Assembly: GCA_004764695.1 (NCBI GenBank)
Contig: SMSO01000032.1
Span: forward strand, 1 to 64,000
DNA: 64,000 bases
From: Schizochytrium sp. TIO01
Taxonomy: Eukaryota > Protista > Bigyra: Labyrinthulomycetes
Direction: 5' to 3'
Part shown: positions 1 through 11,400 of the stretch, piece by piece
Layout: each line of letters opens with the position of its first letter
How positions within the stretch are numbered: position 1 is the stretch's first letter
Notes under the pieces: model-generated
What the model was told of the DNA's origin: nothing
The model's database searches: none
Seen by the model: only the letters and a program-made list of their open reading frames with translations
Position numbers and translations under genes: made by a program

Positions 1-313
1 GAGATAGGGTGAACTAGGCATTTTCCTTGGATATGCTGATAGTTACACTCATGGAACTGTACATGTCTTACCTAAAGACAAGTCCAACATCCTTCAAACG
101 CGTGAAGTCAAGATTTTCGATCAAGCATTGACTGAACAAACTCGTCAGCGTGCAATGTCAATAGAAACCGCTCTGACACCTGATCTAATTACTCATTGGA
201 CACGTGAAGAATCAAATAAACTAATTGATGGAGAAATGTATCAGGATCTACCTGCTTTATCCTCCACAGCTAATAATACTAAATCTTTCCTCACTCCTAA
301 TACCCCAGAATAT

Positions 314-754
314 AATGACGACCGTGAATCCAATAGTGAACACGCTAGTCGTCCGGAGGTAAACAATGACGACCGTGAATCCAGTAGTGAACACGCTAGT
401 CGTCTGGAGGCAAATCATCATGACCGTGAATCCAATAGTGAACACGCTAGTCATTCGGAACCAAATCATAATGACCGTGAATCCAGTAGTGAACACGCTA
501 GTCATCCGAAACTAAATCACAATGACCGTGAATCCAGTAGTGAACACGCTAGTCATCCGAAACCAAATCATAATGACCGTGAATCCAGTAGTGAACACGC
601 TAGTCATCCGGAACTAAATCACAATGACCGTGAATCCAGTAGTGAACACGCTAGTCATCCGGAACTAAATCACAATGACCGTGAATCCAATAGTGAACAC
701 GTTAGTCATTCTGAGGTAAATAATGATGACCGTGAATCCAAAAGTGAACATGCT
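314..754 (+). repeat. 51-bp coding minisatellite (~8.6 copies, DRESSSEHASHPELNHN) in the copia integrase-RT linker
   Basis: GACCGTGAATCC recurs at 320, 371, 422, 473, 524, 575, 626, 677 and 728 (period 51). Confidence 0.97.
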
Positions 755-2647
755 CGTGAAGACATGGAACTAGAACATAGTTCAGTCCATGCACACGATA
801 GTCATCGGAGATCCAAAAGGACTCCCAAACCTCATGTACCACTAAATGTTGTCCCAGTGCCAAAGGCGCTGCAAATAAATACGATACTATACCAATCGTC
901 TGAAACGAAAACGTAATATGACGAATACAGAGTTAGATTTCTCGGATATTAATTCTCTATCAAAAGAAGAGAACTTACATGAACTAATCATTCCCACGAT
1001 ATATCCGAGGGAACAGGAATATTTTGCTTTTCTTATTAAAAACAACACAGATAATAAACAATTACCTAAACCGGTCCCAAAACCATGTCCATATGACGAC
1101 ATTGTAGTTCCAAACACTTATAAAGAAATGCGGAAACTGCCACAGGCATATCAGCGACTATGGATTGCTGCGATGAATACTGAACATCACAATCTGCAGT
1201 CCGCTGGTGTTCTGGAAACTGTACCCTTACACACTTTACCACAGGGACAGACTGTAATGGGAACTAGATGGGTCTTTACAAAGAAGGCACCACCGGTCAA
1301 TCTGTTAAAAGCACGGGTTGTAGTACAAGGCTACAATGAGGCCATTGAACATGTTATATATATACTCACCAACAGTTAATGTTGAAAGCATTCGTGTTGC
1401 AACAATTATTGCTTTAACGAGAGGCTATGATGCTATCACGTTGACGTAACAGCCGCATTTCTAGAAGCACAAATTCCAGATGACGAATTCCTCTACATCA
1501 AAGGCATTGAAGGTCTTGACTTAGCAAGGTTATTGTTATCTTCTGCGTAAAAGTCTATATGGACTCAAAAGTGCCCCCCCGTAGGTGGATGGATCATTTG
1601 ACGCTATATTAGAAAATTATGGCTTAACACGATCTATAACGGACGCATCACTCTTATTGGCAAAGATCTTCTAATGACTATCCATGATGACATGAGAATC
1701 TTTGCACACCCCAAGCACTCAAAGCGATTGTCAAAGAACTTGAACAAAATGTCGCGTCAAAGTTAATCGTGAAAAACAATGCCATTATCTTAGTGATACA
1801 CATGTCTATGACAAGTCACGAAAGATCTGTACCATCAGCCAACGCGAGTATTGTGGAAAAGCCCTTAGGCGATGTAATATGGAAAACTGCAATGGAGCTA
1901 AAACTCCATCCATCCTCAAAGAGTTAAGTGATCATCCTGACGACTCTGTGAATGAACACTATCGTCCACTTGTTGGCACTCTAATGTATTTACTAAAAAC
2001 TCGACCTGATATGGCATACACTTTACACCAACTTGCATGCCATGGTCAAAAGAATGGAGCGGAACATATGCAAGCTCTTAAACATGCATTCCGTTATGTC
2101 AAGGCCACAAAGGACAAAGTTCTAACACTCAAAGGCGTGGATTCAGAGGCACAACTTGTTTTGAACGTCTATACAGATGCTTCTTTCAGCAAGGCACATG
2201 ACAAACTTCGTCGTAGTGTTACAGGATATGTTGTTATGATAAATGATAGTGCTGTTGTATGGAAAACAACCAAACAGTCTACAGTTGCAAGAAATACTCA
2301 CGAAGCTGAACTAATTGCTGCAGTTGCAGGAGTTCTCAGAGCAGAATCCATTCGACAACTTTTAGCAGACATGAACATTACATCAATGAAATACAGGTAT
2401 ATATAGATTGTCAAGCATTAGTAAACACAATCAAAAAGGAAGAAGTTAATGTACAAATGGTTATCTCGCAGTACAACTTGCAGTACTGATTCATCGAAGA
2501 CAAAACCAATTACTCAAGGTACATCATGTTAAAGGCACAGAAAATATAGCTGATTTACTCACCAAACCACTTGCAGCACCATCTCATTGGAAACACGCTA
2601 GTCGCTTACTTGATGCTTCAGGTGCTGACGCGTGATTTGCGGGGGAG

Positions 2648-2844
2648 TATTGAAGTAATATACAGCTACTGTCTAACCTAACCTAACCTAACCTAACCAA
2701 GCTCTCCTATCCACACATTAACCTGCCTGTATGCAGACCTGAAACCCCGATAACTCATATATCATCCTCTTTCTCTTTCTCCTGAGTTCGTCATCCTTGT
2801 CAGACTACCTCTCCACGCTTCACAGCACAGGCTACTCTGCAATA
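2648..2844 (+). repeat. Putative short 3' LTR of the copia element (boundaries uncertain)
   Basis: Starts immediately after the PPT. Possible termini are TATTGAAG(2648)...CTGCAATA(2844) or TGAAG(2651)...CTTCA(2822 or 2893). The 5' LTR is not in the window to confirm. Confidence 0.55.
2673..2698. repeat. (CCTAA)5 / (TTAGG)5 telomere-type pentamer tract inside the LTR
   Basis: ctaacctaacctaacctaacctaacc read directly. Confidence 0.9.
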
Positions 2845-4837
2845 GAAAGATACACTTATATGATACTTCTTGCTTTCGCGTTTGCATGCTTCAGGTCTTG
2901 GAAGATGGAAATTACGAGAATGCATGATTTTGATTTCGATGAGTTATTATAAATATCACAATCTGCAAGACTGGATGTTACTTACACTCATCTCAAACTA
3001 ATGAGACCGTTTTCTAATCTGAATTGGTAGTAGTCCACAGTGAATTGGATCCATACTTCTCAAACTGCTACTTCAAGCTCTGGAAAATACAATTTCTGTT
3101 TCCCATTGCGGCATTTACCACGAATGCTATGTTAGCTATTTTATTTAGCTCTCAGTTGTTGTGCAGCAACAAGAATGAGATTACTGCTGTTTCTCAAGAT
3201 ACCAATTCCAATCCAGTTTAGCTAATCTGATGCTCAGCAAGTTTTTCCAATTTTCGAGATGGAATTTTATTTAGGTCCCGTTTTTTATTACACGTCAAAA
3301 AATTAATTACATCAGATGACTTCAACTGAGTATATGGCATTTCCATCCTTGCATATAATATGTCATTCCAGACATGTACCTTCAGTGAAAGCAACCGAGA
3401 ACGCGGGCGGAACATGATTCATAGTATAAACTTATATTTTGAAGAACATACTAGCTTGGATGGCTGCGTGCTGCAAAGACTTTCATACTAACCCATTACT
3501 AGTGTACCTACATTTTACTTTATATGTGCATCCAGACTTGGAGGGGTGTACTTCACGCCTTTAAGAGTATAGTAGTAATATGGTTACCTGTACATCTAGA
3601 GGTATCTACTACTACTAGTGCAAGCTCGCTAGATCGCGGGTTTCAGATAAAACCCGCTGCAGCATATTAAAAATCAACTGAGGACAAGTGTGCCACCTAA
3701 CCAAAAGCTGCTCACCATATTATTTTCTCCATATTCCTTGCCCCGTGCTTGTTTTATTTTGTACCAAGACATGTATGTTGCTCAGTGCTAGGCGAGTTCT
3801 TTTACCTGCGGTGATAATGCGTCAAGACCCTTATGTACCCCTCTTCTGAAAAGCTTATCTTATTAGTGATATCCCATCCAAGCTTGGATAGGTGCAACAC
3901 ACAACTATATGCAGGTTAGTTTGGAGCTAGTAGGACCTACATTAATTTAATAATAAATAAAGTATTCAGCCTCTGAGAGCCCTTGTTTTTTAAAGGAGAA
4001 AAGGAGAGAGAGTGAGAAAAGGGTCCCTCAGAGCGTCGGTGAAGGCATTATAGAATCCATTAAAATAAATAAAAACCCCAATCCGCTTCGAATTAATATT
4101 AGGGTATATATTAGCCCTTTAATAAGGTCTTCTTTCTTTCTTTCTTTCTTTCTTTCATCACAAACTCGACATCAGAATCCCCGCGGTTACCCTAGGGTCA
4201 ACATACTCTGAGCGCTTCGATTTGCCTCGATCCTCATTCTCTGCCAAGGATCACGAATTTTTTAGCACTCTTAAAGTAGAAAAGAAACCTATATAGTAGC
4301 ATAATTAATACACTTTTTAATTTACTTCTGACATTGATAAAAAACAATCATATACATTTATTTCTTGCTTTACATTCATATATAACTAATATGTATGATA
4401 CAGGATACTAAAAAATAAAATTTGAAAAAATAAAATTTGAAAAAAGCAGAGCTGACATAAAGGTGCTAGTATTAATACGTAGGTATCTAGGTACCTTCAT
4501 TAAATACTACTTTTCTTTAGAAATTAAAAATAACCAATGTTGACACTTCTATAGGTATCATCTAGAGGAAGGTAAACTAAGGAGTATACTAGTAGGAAAA
4601 CTCATAGGTAGGCCCAAAATCAGAGAAAGCTGATTCGCAGAACTGGGAAAGAAAGCTCAGCAAATCCGAAACCAATCGAAGGTAGAAACCTCAGGCAGAC
4701 TTTCTCAGACGCGCACCGTCTCGGCCAACGACGACTGACTGTGCACGAACGCAAGCACTGCAAATAGTCGGCTCCCGAAGGACGAACAACAACGCCCGCA
4801 TCTGCGATTGCAAGGTTTCCAAAGCAGCGTCAAAACA

Positions 4838-7180
4838 ATGTCACAAGCCCGTATTCAACAAGCCATAGACGGCCTTCAGCACGGTTACAACGAGCTCCAG
4901 TACGTTCAGGGCCCAGCGTTATTGCGAACCAGGCCTTAAACAGGTTGAAAGCTAATTTGTGCACTACATATGACTAACTTAGTGACTGTTTCGAGCTAAC
5001 TGTGCAGGTTGCAAAACTTAGATATCACGGATGAGGATATTCATAGAATCATTCCTGTGATTACATCAAGCCGTGCGGTCAAGTCCATAGAGTAAGTTTC
5101 TGCCAATGAAAAACTTGTTACGAAGGCAAATGATCTTCTTACGAGACATTGACTCACATCTCATTATACACTTTGTTGTCTTAATTAGCTTGTCAGTAAT
5201 CGCCATCACTGATGCTGGCGCAGCAAGCCTCTGCCAATGCCCTGCGTTCGAACGCAGAGGCTTTCTTTGAGGTAATCAAGTAAGTCTAGTGTACCTACCA
5301 ACTGCCTACTACATTTACAAAAACTAACAACAAATAATAATCGGATGAGTATAGCCTTAATAACAACATGATTGGTGATGCTGGTCTGCAATCTATAAGA
5401 TCTGTTATTCCGCAACTGACGTTTCTAACAGAACTCCAGTACGTTCCTTCTATTGTTTTCGTAAAACTCATATGAACAGCTGCAGCTAACCAGGGATATA
5501 TTAAATGAAAAAAATGATCTGCTTCAAAAGACTGAATGGAAATAAGTACTCTGAAAGCGCAGCACGAGAGCTGATGGACAGTATTGGAGGAACATGGATC
5601 TCACTGAGAACTGTTCATGTAAGTTGAGCGCTTAGCCTATCCAACATTCGAATCTCAAACTAACCTGCTGCAAGAATTGCGAGCGAGTCATAGACTAGAT
5701 CTTGATCGTGTCCAATCAGGATTTACAACAACGTTTAGAATCAATTGTTCAGTTGAATAGTTACCAGGAACAACAGCGAAGATGTTGTTGGGAGCGCATC
5801 AAACTATTACAAATTAGACAAATGCTGCGAGGGACAAACGTGCGCTCTCGCATCGAAACCAGGAGAAACGTCGGGACGTACGCGTTACGTGCGTAATCTG
5901 TCTTACACAATCAGATGACTCTTGCACTCTGACATGTTGTCGAGGCCATCGCACATGCGGGGACTGCGTTGGACATGCTTTACGTGTTGCAAACCAGCCT
6001 GGTTACACATGTTGAGTTTGACCTCCATGGCAGCATGCGCTGTTTGGGAGAAATGTGTCAGGAGAGACTACCAAAGAGTAGAATTGTCATGGTGTTGCCT
6101 CGTGAGAATCTGTTGACTTTCATAGATCTGACTGTATCTCTTGCCGTTGACGATGCAGAACAGCGCTCGCATGCCTTGCAAAGACAAACTTTTGATGAGG
6201 TTCGAAGATCCCATGCGACTACCCTCAGATTAGCCGAACAATTACGTCACGATATAATACCTCATACAAGATTTCTGGCGCGACGTGGTGACGGTAGATA
6301 CGACCATGGGGATGCACTTGCCATGCCCATGCCTTTTGGTGACGGTAGATACGACCATGAGGATGGACTTCCCATGCTCATGCCTTTTGGTGACGGTAGA
6401 TACGACCATGAGGGTGCACTTGCCATGCATCTTGGCATAGAAGCGCGCAGAAGACGTCCTATGCATATGAACGAACGTGACAGAACAAACAACCACTATC
6501 ACAGATATCAACAAGATCGCCGCAACATTACTTTGGAAGATCAACAACCCTCCACTCTGGATGAACATGTCCATTACATCGAGAATCGTATACTTTGCAT
6601 ATTTTGTCCTCGATGCGGACTTGTTTTCGATGAATTCTCTGGGTGTCCTGCCATTACATGTGTGTGCGGTTGTGAGTTTTGTGCCTGGTGTCTCGAAATT
6701 CCAGATAGTCCTATTCATAGGCACACGAGAATGTGCGGCGATCGGCACTCTACACGTCGAGATAATATGCTTGGTATGTTCGATACCATTCAGGAAGAAC
6801 GTGAAATGGTCAAAGCTGCCTGGCAGAGGCTTCGTGCAAATCGCTTGCGCAACTACTGGGAATCAGGTGTTTCCGAGAGCATTCGGGACAGTCTCTTTGA
6901 AAGGATTACTCCACTGCTCACAGAAGATCTCGTGGGACCTAATTTCAGCTTTTCGCAACCACTGTCTTTGTTCGATGGCGCTCAAGCTTCACAGCCAGCT
7001 GAATCCCTCTTTTCTGCAGGTACTCGACCTACTACTGATACAGTAGCTGGCGCCAGTACTTCTTCTCGCATTGCTGAAGCTGCTCTGCGTCGTAGATCTG
7101 CGCGTCTAGCTGCCCTCCGTCGACTTCAGAAAAGCAATAGCAGTAATGATTCATCTCAGAGAAAGGGTGGAGAACTTTGA
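4838..7180 (+). pseudogene. Multi-exon LRR + RING + RING2/Rcat (RBR-like E3 ubiquitin ligase) gene; frameshifted (pseudogene or assembly indels)
   Basis: Exon 1 is 4838-4899 (MSQARIQQAIDGLQHGYNEL|GTACGT). 84-nt LRR exons lie at 5008-5091 (LQNLDITDEDIHRII...) and 5355-5438 (LNNNMIGDAGLQSI...), with an indel-bearing LRR exon at ~5189-5279. A RING, CVIC...CCRGHRTCGDC...CLGEMC (5890-6058), is split by a frameshift. The CPRC..F..FSGCPAITCVCGCEFCAWC...H..C module lies in ORF 5969-7180. Confidence 0.75.
6287..6428 (+). repeat. 51-bp coding repeat x~2.8 (GDGRYDHxxxLxMxMPF)
   Basis: GGTGACGGTAGATACGACCATG at 6287, 6338 and 6389. Confidence 0.95.
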
Positions 7181-8000
7181 AGTGATCTTATTTGTCACTT
7201 TTGTTTTCATTCAAGGCAATCCTTTGAGTCATGAGGTGACCATCTAAAGTTAAAACACTGGCGACATCCATGCATTGGTATTGCCGTAGACCTAGACAAG
7301 ATTTTATAGAGATTACATATTATGTTTGCTACTTTTAAGTTCTTGAAATGAGAAAAGAAAACGACCTACGTATACTGCAGGAACAGAAAATAGAGTGAAA
7401 CGAAAAGTAGCAAGGTACTCCAAATTCAAACACTGGCCTCCCCCTCCGTATTCGTTGAACATTTAGACTAAACTCATGTCTATAACCCCTATAAAACTAG
7501 GTCGGCACTTGGAGAAGCGTGGTTCTTTTTTGTAGTGTTTCTTTCAGAGTTGCTACTAGAAATTTAAATTTAACTTCCTCGTAATGACTCTCTCCAAAAC
7601 AAACATCAGATCATCGAGTTTGTGAATTCGATGTTGAGAGTTATTCCATGGAACTATAAGCTAGCTCTTTATTTAGTATAAAGGGAGTTCACCACTCGGA
7701 GACCGAGAAGTGGTGAGTTAAATGTGATGCTACCACTTCGGCCAAATCTTCAGAAATCATAATAAACTCTTTTCCAAAACTTATTTAAAGAAGCTAGAGC
7801 TCGAATTGCTGGGAGAACTCGCCATTCCTAATTCCTGATATTCTGGTGTATTTTCCTCCTCTATTTGATCAATTTATCAATATGTTGTAAATAAAGATCA
7901 AGGAGGTGAGCAGAGTAGTTCATCATCAGGAAGAATCATTTTTTTCTCGAGCCAGCAGCCTTGTACACTTCAAATCACGAGGGGACTGTGGTCAAAAATA

Positions 8001-8484
8001 TTATTTGGACACCTCTGGCGCAGTGTAATTTCTCAGAATAGGGAGGATGTGGCTTGGCCATGGGTTGAGGGTAAGCCATATTATAGAGTCTTCTTGAAAG
8101 TCTGGACCAGGCTGGTGTTCGAAATTGAAACTCTGTAATAGCTTGACAAGGGCTTGAGTTCAAGATTGGCTGCTAAGCTTCGCCCGGTGCAATTTCGCGC
8201 ACCAAGGCTGAAAGGTAAGAATGCAAAGTGCCGACCGAGCACAGCAACTTCAGTTTTGAGTGGCAAGTTATCCTTTTCGAGACGAGAAATCCATCTTTCT
8301 GGAACAAATTCGTTAGCGCGATCATACATGGCTGGATCACGTTGAGTAAGGTTAGGAAATACAACCACTTCGACACCCTTGGGAATTTCATAGCCCCCAA
8401 TATTGATATCTTCCAAGGGATGACGTGTAAATGCTGCTGGTGGATGTAGCCGCATGACTTCAATGAGCACAGAGTATCTTGCAT
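8001..8484 (-). pseudogene. Cytochrome P450 C-terminal exon fragment, frameshifted
   Basis: ExxR (EVMR), PERW and heme motif FLPFSLGARNCTG are present. There is a frameshift after ELK, with ALVKLLQSFNFE... continuing in another frame to TAA at 8001-8003. Branch/acceptor ctaat...tttcacag precedes 8484. No recognisable upstream P450 exons. Confidence 0.88.
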
Positions 8485-11400
8485 CTGTGAAAGGAACAAT
8501 GATTAGTAGGAGAGAGTCGAACTATATCGACGAGACTCGGACACGCAAAGGAAATCATTTAAGTGAACAAGTGTCACCTTTACTTCTAGCACAGAACTGA
8601 AACACCACAACTAAAAAACAGTGTAAAAATTCATTTTTTTTTTTCTAAATGTATTTATTTAAAACTATGCAAACTAGACTAAAACAACTACTTATAACCA
8701 TTAACCTATACAAGACAGCTTTGGAAATTCTCAATCATGTCAGATAATTTCGTGCTTGGGAAAGAAACATGAGGCATTTCTTAAGCATGCACTCAAGATT
8801 TGTAGTATTCACAGAATAAATAATCAATTGCTCAAAAGGTCGACCAAGACAGTAAAGGACCTACAGCTTTGTATATCTTGTCGGATTGCCTTGCAAACTC
8901 ATTTTCAGGCTTGCTTAGTCCTCTTCATTCCCTGACATAGACGCATCAGTTGACCGACGCTTCACCATGGTCTGGTCATGAAGGTGTTCCTTTGAGCCTT
9001 GCGAAGTCATGACGTAGTAATGTGTCAGTTTCTCTTTCTCAATAGTGTCAATCTAAAACAGAAATTCATCACTTGTTAAGAAAGTTAGCCAGTGGCATAT
9101 GCTTCTGTTTTGTCGAAAAAAGAGCAGACTTGCTGTTTACTGACTTTGCTGCTGCTCGAAATCAACTGGTACTTCAACACAGTAAAACAAATTACTCCGA
9201 AGCAGAGAGCCTACGAGGAAACTTTAGGTCTTGTGATAGGTTAGGGAGACTCGAAAAAAACTACTTTTGTGTCGATGTTTATTAGATAATCCAATGAGAG
9301 GTCTTTAGTATAAAAACCTTAGTAACACATTCCACATCACATTCGATCATACCACGCGGGTAACACCTCATCTCATTCGCACTGAGAAGTAAAGTCGCGT
9401 AGGGCCGGGTCAGTAGTATGATAGGGGACTGCATGCGAAGCCCCGGTGTTGAATGTTTTTTACCTCTTTTCCCCCCCAAACCAATCATTTTTGGTACTTT
9501 GATATAAATCACTAATAATTGAGCAGTGATATCAGTTTTCCACACAAAGCGGGGTTAATCTGTTCATTTTTGACATACGTACTGGTGTCGTTGGCTTACT
9601 ATCAACATTCCTGAATAATAAAAATGATAGGGAATCACAAAATTGATGTATTCTTTTTTTTGCAATGCATTCTAAATTAGGCACAAAGAGATAAATAAAC
9701 AAAATCACTTTGCATTAATGAATGATCTACTAGGGAAAGTCAGGGGCAGCAGTTGTATTCTCTGTAAAGCACGTGTGCAGAAACAAATGAAAACTACGCA
9801 TAAAAATATCGGTAAATTGAATAGAAGATTCACAGGAAAAGGTCACACTTGCTTTTAAAAGGGCTCCTGCTTACCACAACTCTCAATCGCGAGATGTATA
9901 TTGTTCATTTCAAACGCCATTCGCTGGCCCGAGAATTCATTTTTCATCTTCTTCGTTTGCCCTGGTGGCGGACTCTCAAGGTAACAGTGCAGTAGTTGTA
10001 AGTTGAAGATACCCTTCAGCAAATTTAAGGAAATTTAATCTTCAGAAGCTTCCCTGAAGACATCCATCAATTACTACAGTTCGAAACAAAGGCAGGTACC
10101 AGGGGCCTTGGCTTCAATCTACAGCCCCCTAAATTGATCTGGGATTCTGGAGGAGCAACTCTAGCCACAACGTGATGTACTATATCTGCTTTTTATTTTA
10201 TTGGTACTTTAGCATATATCTGCTACAAGGAACGTATTAACTAGCCCAATAAAGCAAAGCCATAACATAACAATATAATACAACGTTGTAATTGTTGCAA
10301 CAGGACAATGCCAAAATATACTAGAGCTGATTGCTTTTCGTGCACAGTGCGAAAGACACTGAGATTATTACACTCTATCACTATATGAAGCACTAGCGTA
10401 TACATATGAACCAATTAGATGCACTCTACGTAATTCATGCCTGCTTTAAGCATTTGCAATGGTGACTGCGGTGATTGTTTGTGTAGTGAAAGGTATTACA
10501 CAATGAAGGAACCAAAATCAAAAACCTTATTTTCAAAAGTCTCTCATTGCTATTATCCAGGCCAAAACATGCAAAGCATAAGAACAAAAATTTCACAGCC
10601 CCCAGGTCTGACACCACTCGATATGGTGATTATTTGATTTTTTGCCACCCACGAAGTCGCCCGTGTTTGCGAAGAATTGTTTATTACTTTAGTCAGCAGC
10701 AAATTTCACAAACCCATAACCAAGAGCAATACTGGGGTTGACCAAGCTTGTGAATCGGCATCGATTACTTTCTCCAGAGAACATGCATTTGCCTTGATGG
10801 CAGACCGGAGGCCTTGCTTGTCAAAGGGACGATGGACACGAGCAGGAGCCTCGTCGAAGTCTCACAGAGCCAAAGTTGCTGCGATCTGATGTCACAGCAT
10901 CGTTCGTTTGGTGGCCAAGCAGAGGGAACCAGACGCTACGTAGCCTTCAAGCGCAGGTAGTGGGCCCAGCAACTTTGCTAAGGCCAAGCGAACCACCCAG
11001 TATGCTCCACCTGCGCACGGCCGGAACGCCTAGAGCAGTTCTCTATGATTTGATTCAAGTTCTGATGCTTTTCCTTTTGATCTTCCCACAGAAATGAAAA
11101 CACAGACTATAGTTTAATCTATTTAGAATATTATTTGAAGAATTGTTTAACTAGGACTAACAGAACCTTAGCGTAGAAAATAGAACTTGCAATTCTACTG
11201 TTGAGAACTATGATTGCAAGCAACTACTTTACCTACACTAACGTCAGAGCAAGATCTTGTACGTTTCGATCGCCCAGTACCTTTTACAACTCTTCTCTAA
11301 GCTAGAGAGGGGCTCTCTTCTTTTCTTTCGAAGCTGTACGATTACTGCAGACTTTGAAGTATTTAAGCTATGCATATTAAATGCAGTGAATAATAAGTGC

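Larger units (their letters stand above)
1..2844 (+). mobile_element. Ty1/copia LTR retrotransposon, 3' portion (integrase C-terminus/linker, RT, RNase H, PPT, 3' LTR); degenerate, 5' part outside the window
   Basis: Copia motifs occur in order across several frameshifted frames: GHFLGY near the start, W..AM..E, TRWVFTKK, KARVVVQG, LRKSLYGLK, an IH(V)DD-like RT site, YRPLVGTLMYL.KTRPD, VYTDASF, RRSVTGY, HEAE and NIADLLTKPL. Stop TGA at 2633-2635, then polypurine tract GGGGGAG at 2641-2647. Confidence 0.93.

Noticed and set aside
2673-2698. True telomere or chromosome fusion scar
   Set aside because: Only five units, located inside an LTR.
7686-7719. Hairpin as a Helitron 3' end
   Set aside because: No adjacent CTRR terminus and no Rep/helicase remnants identified.
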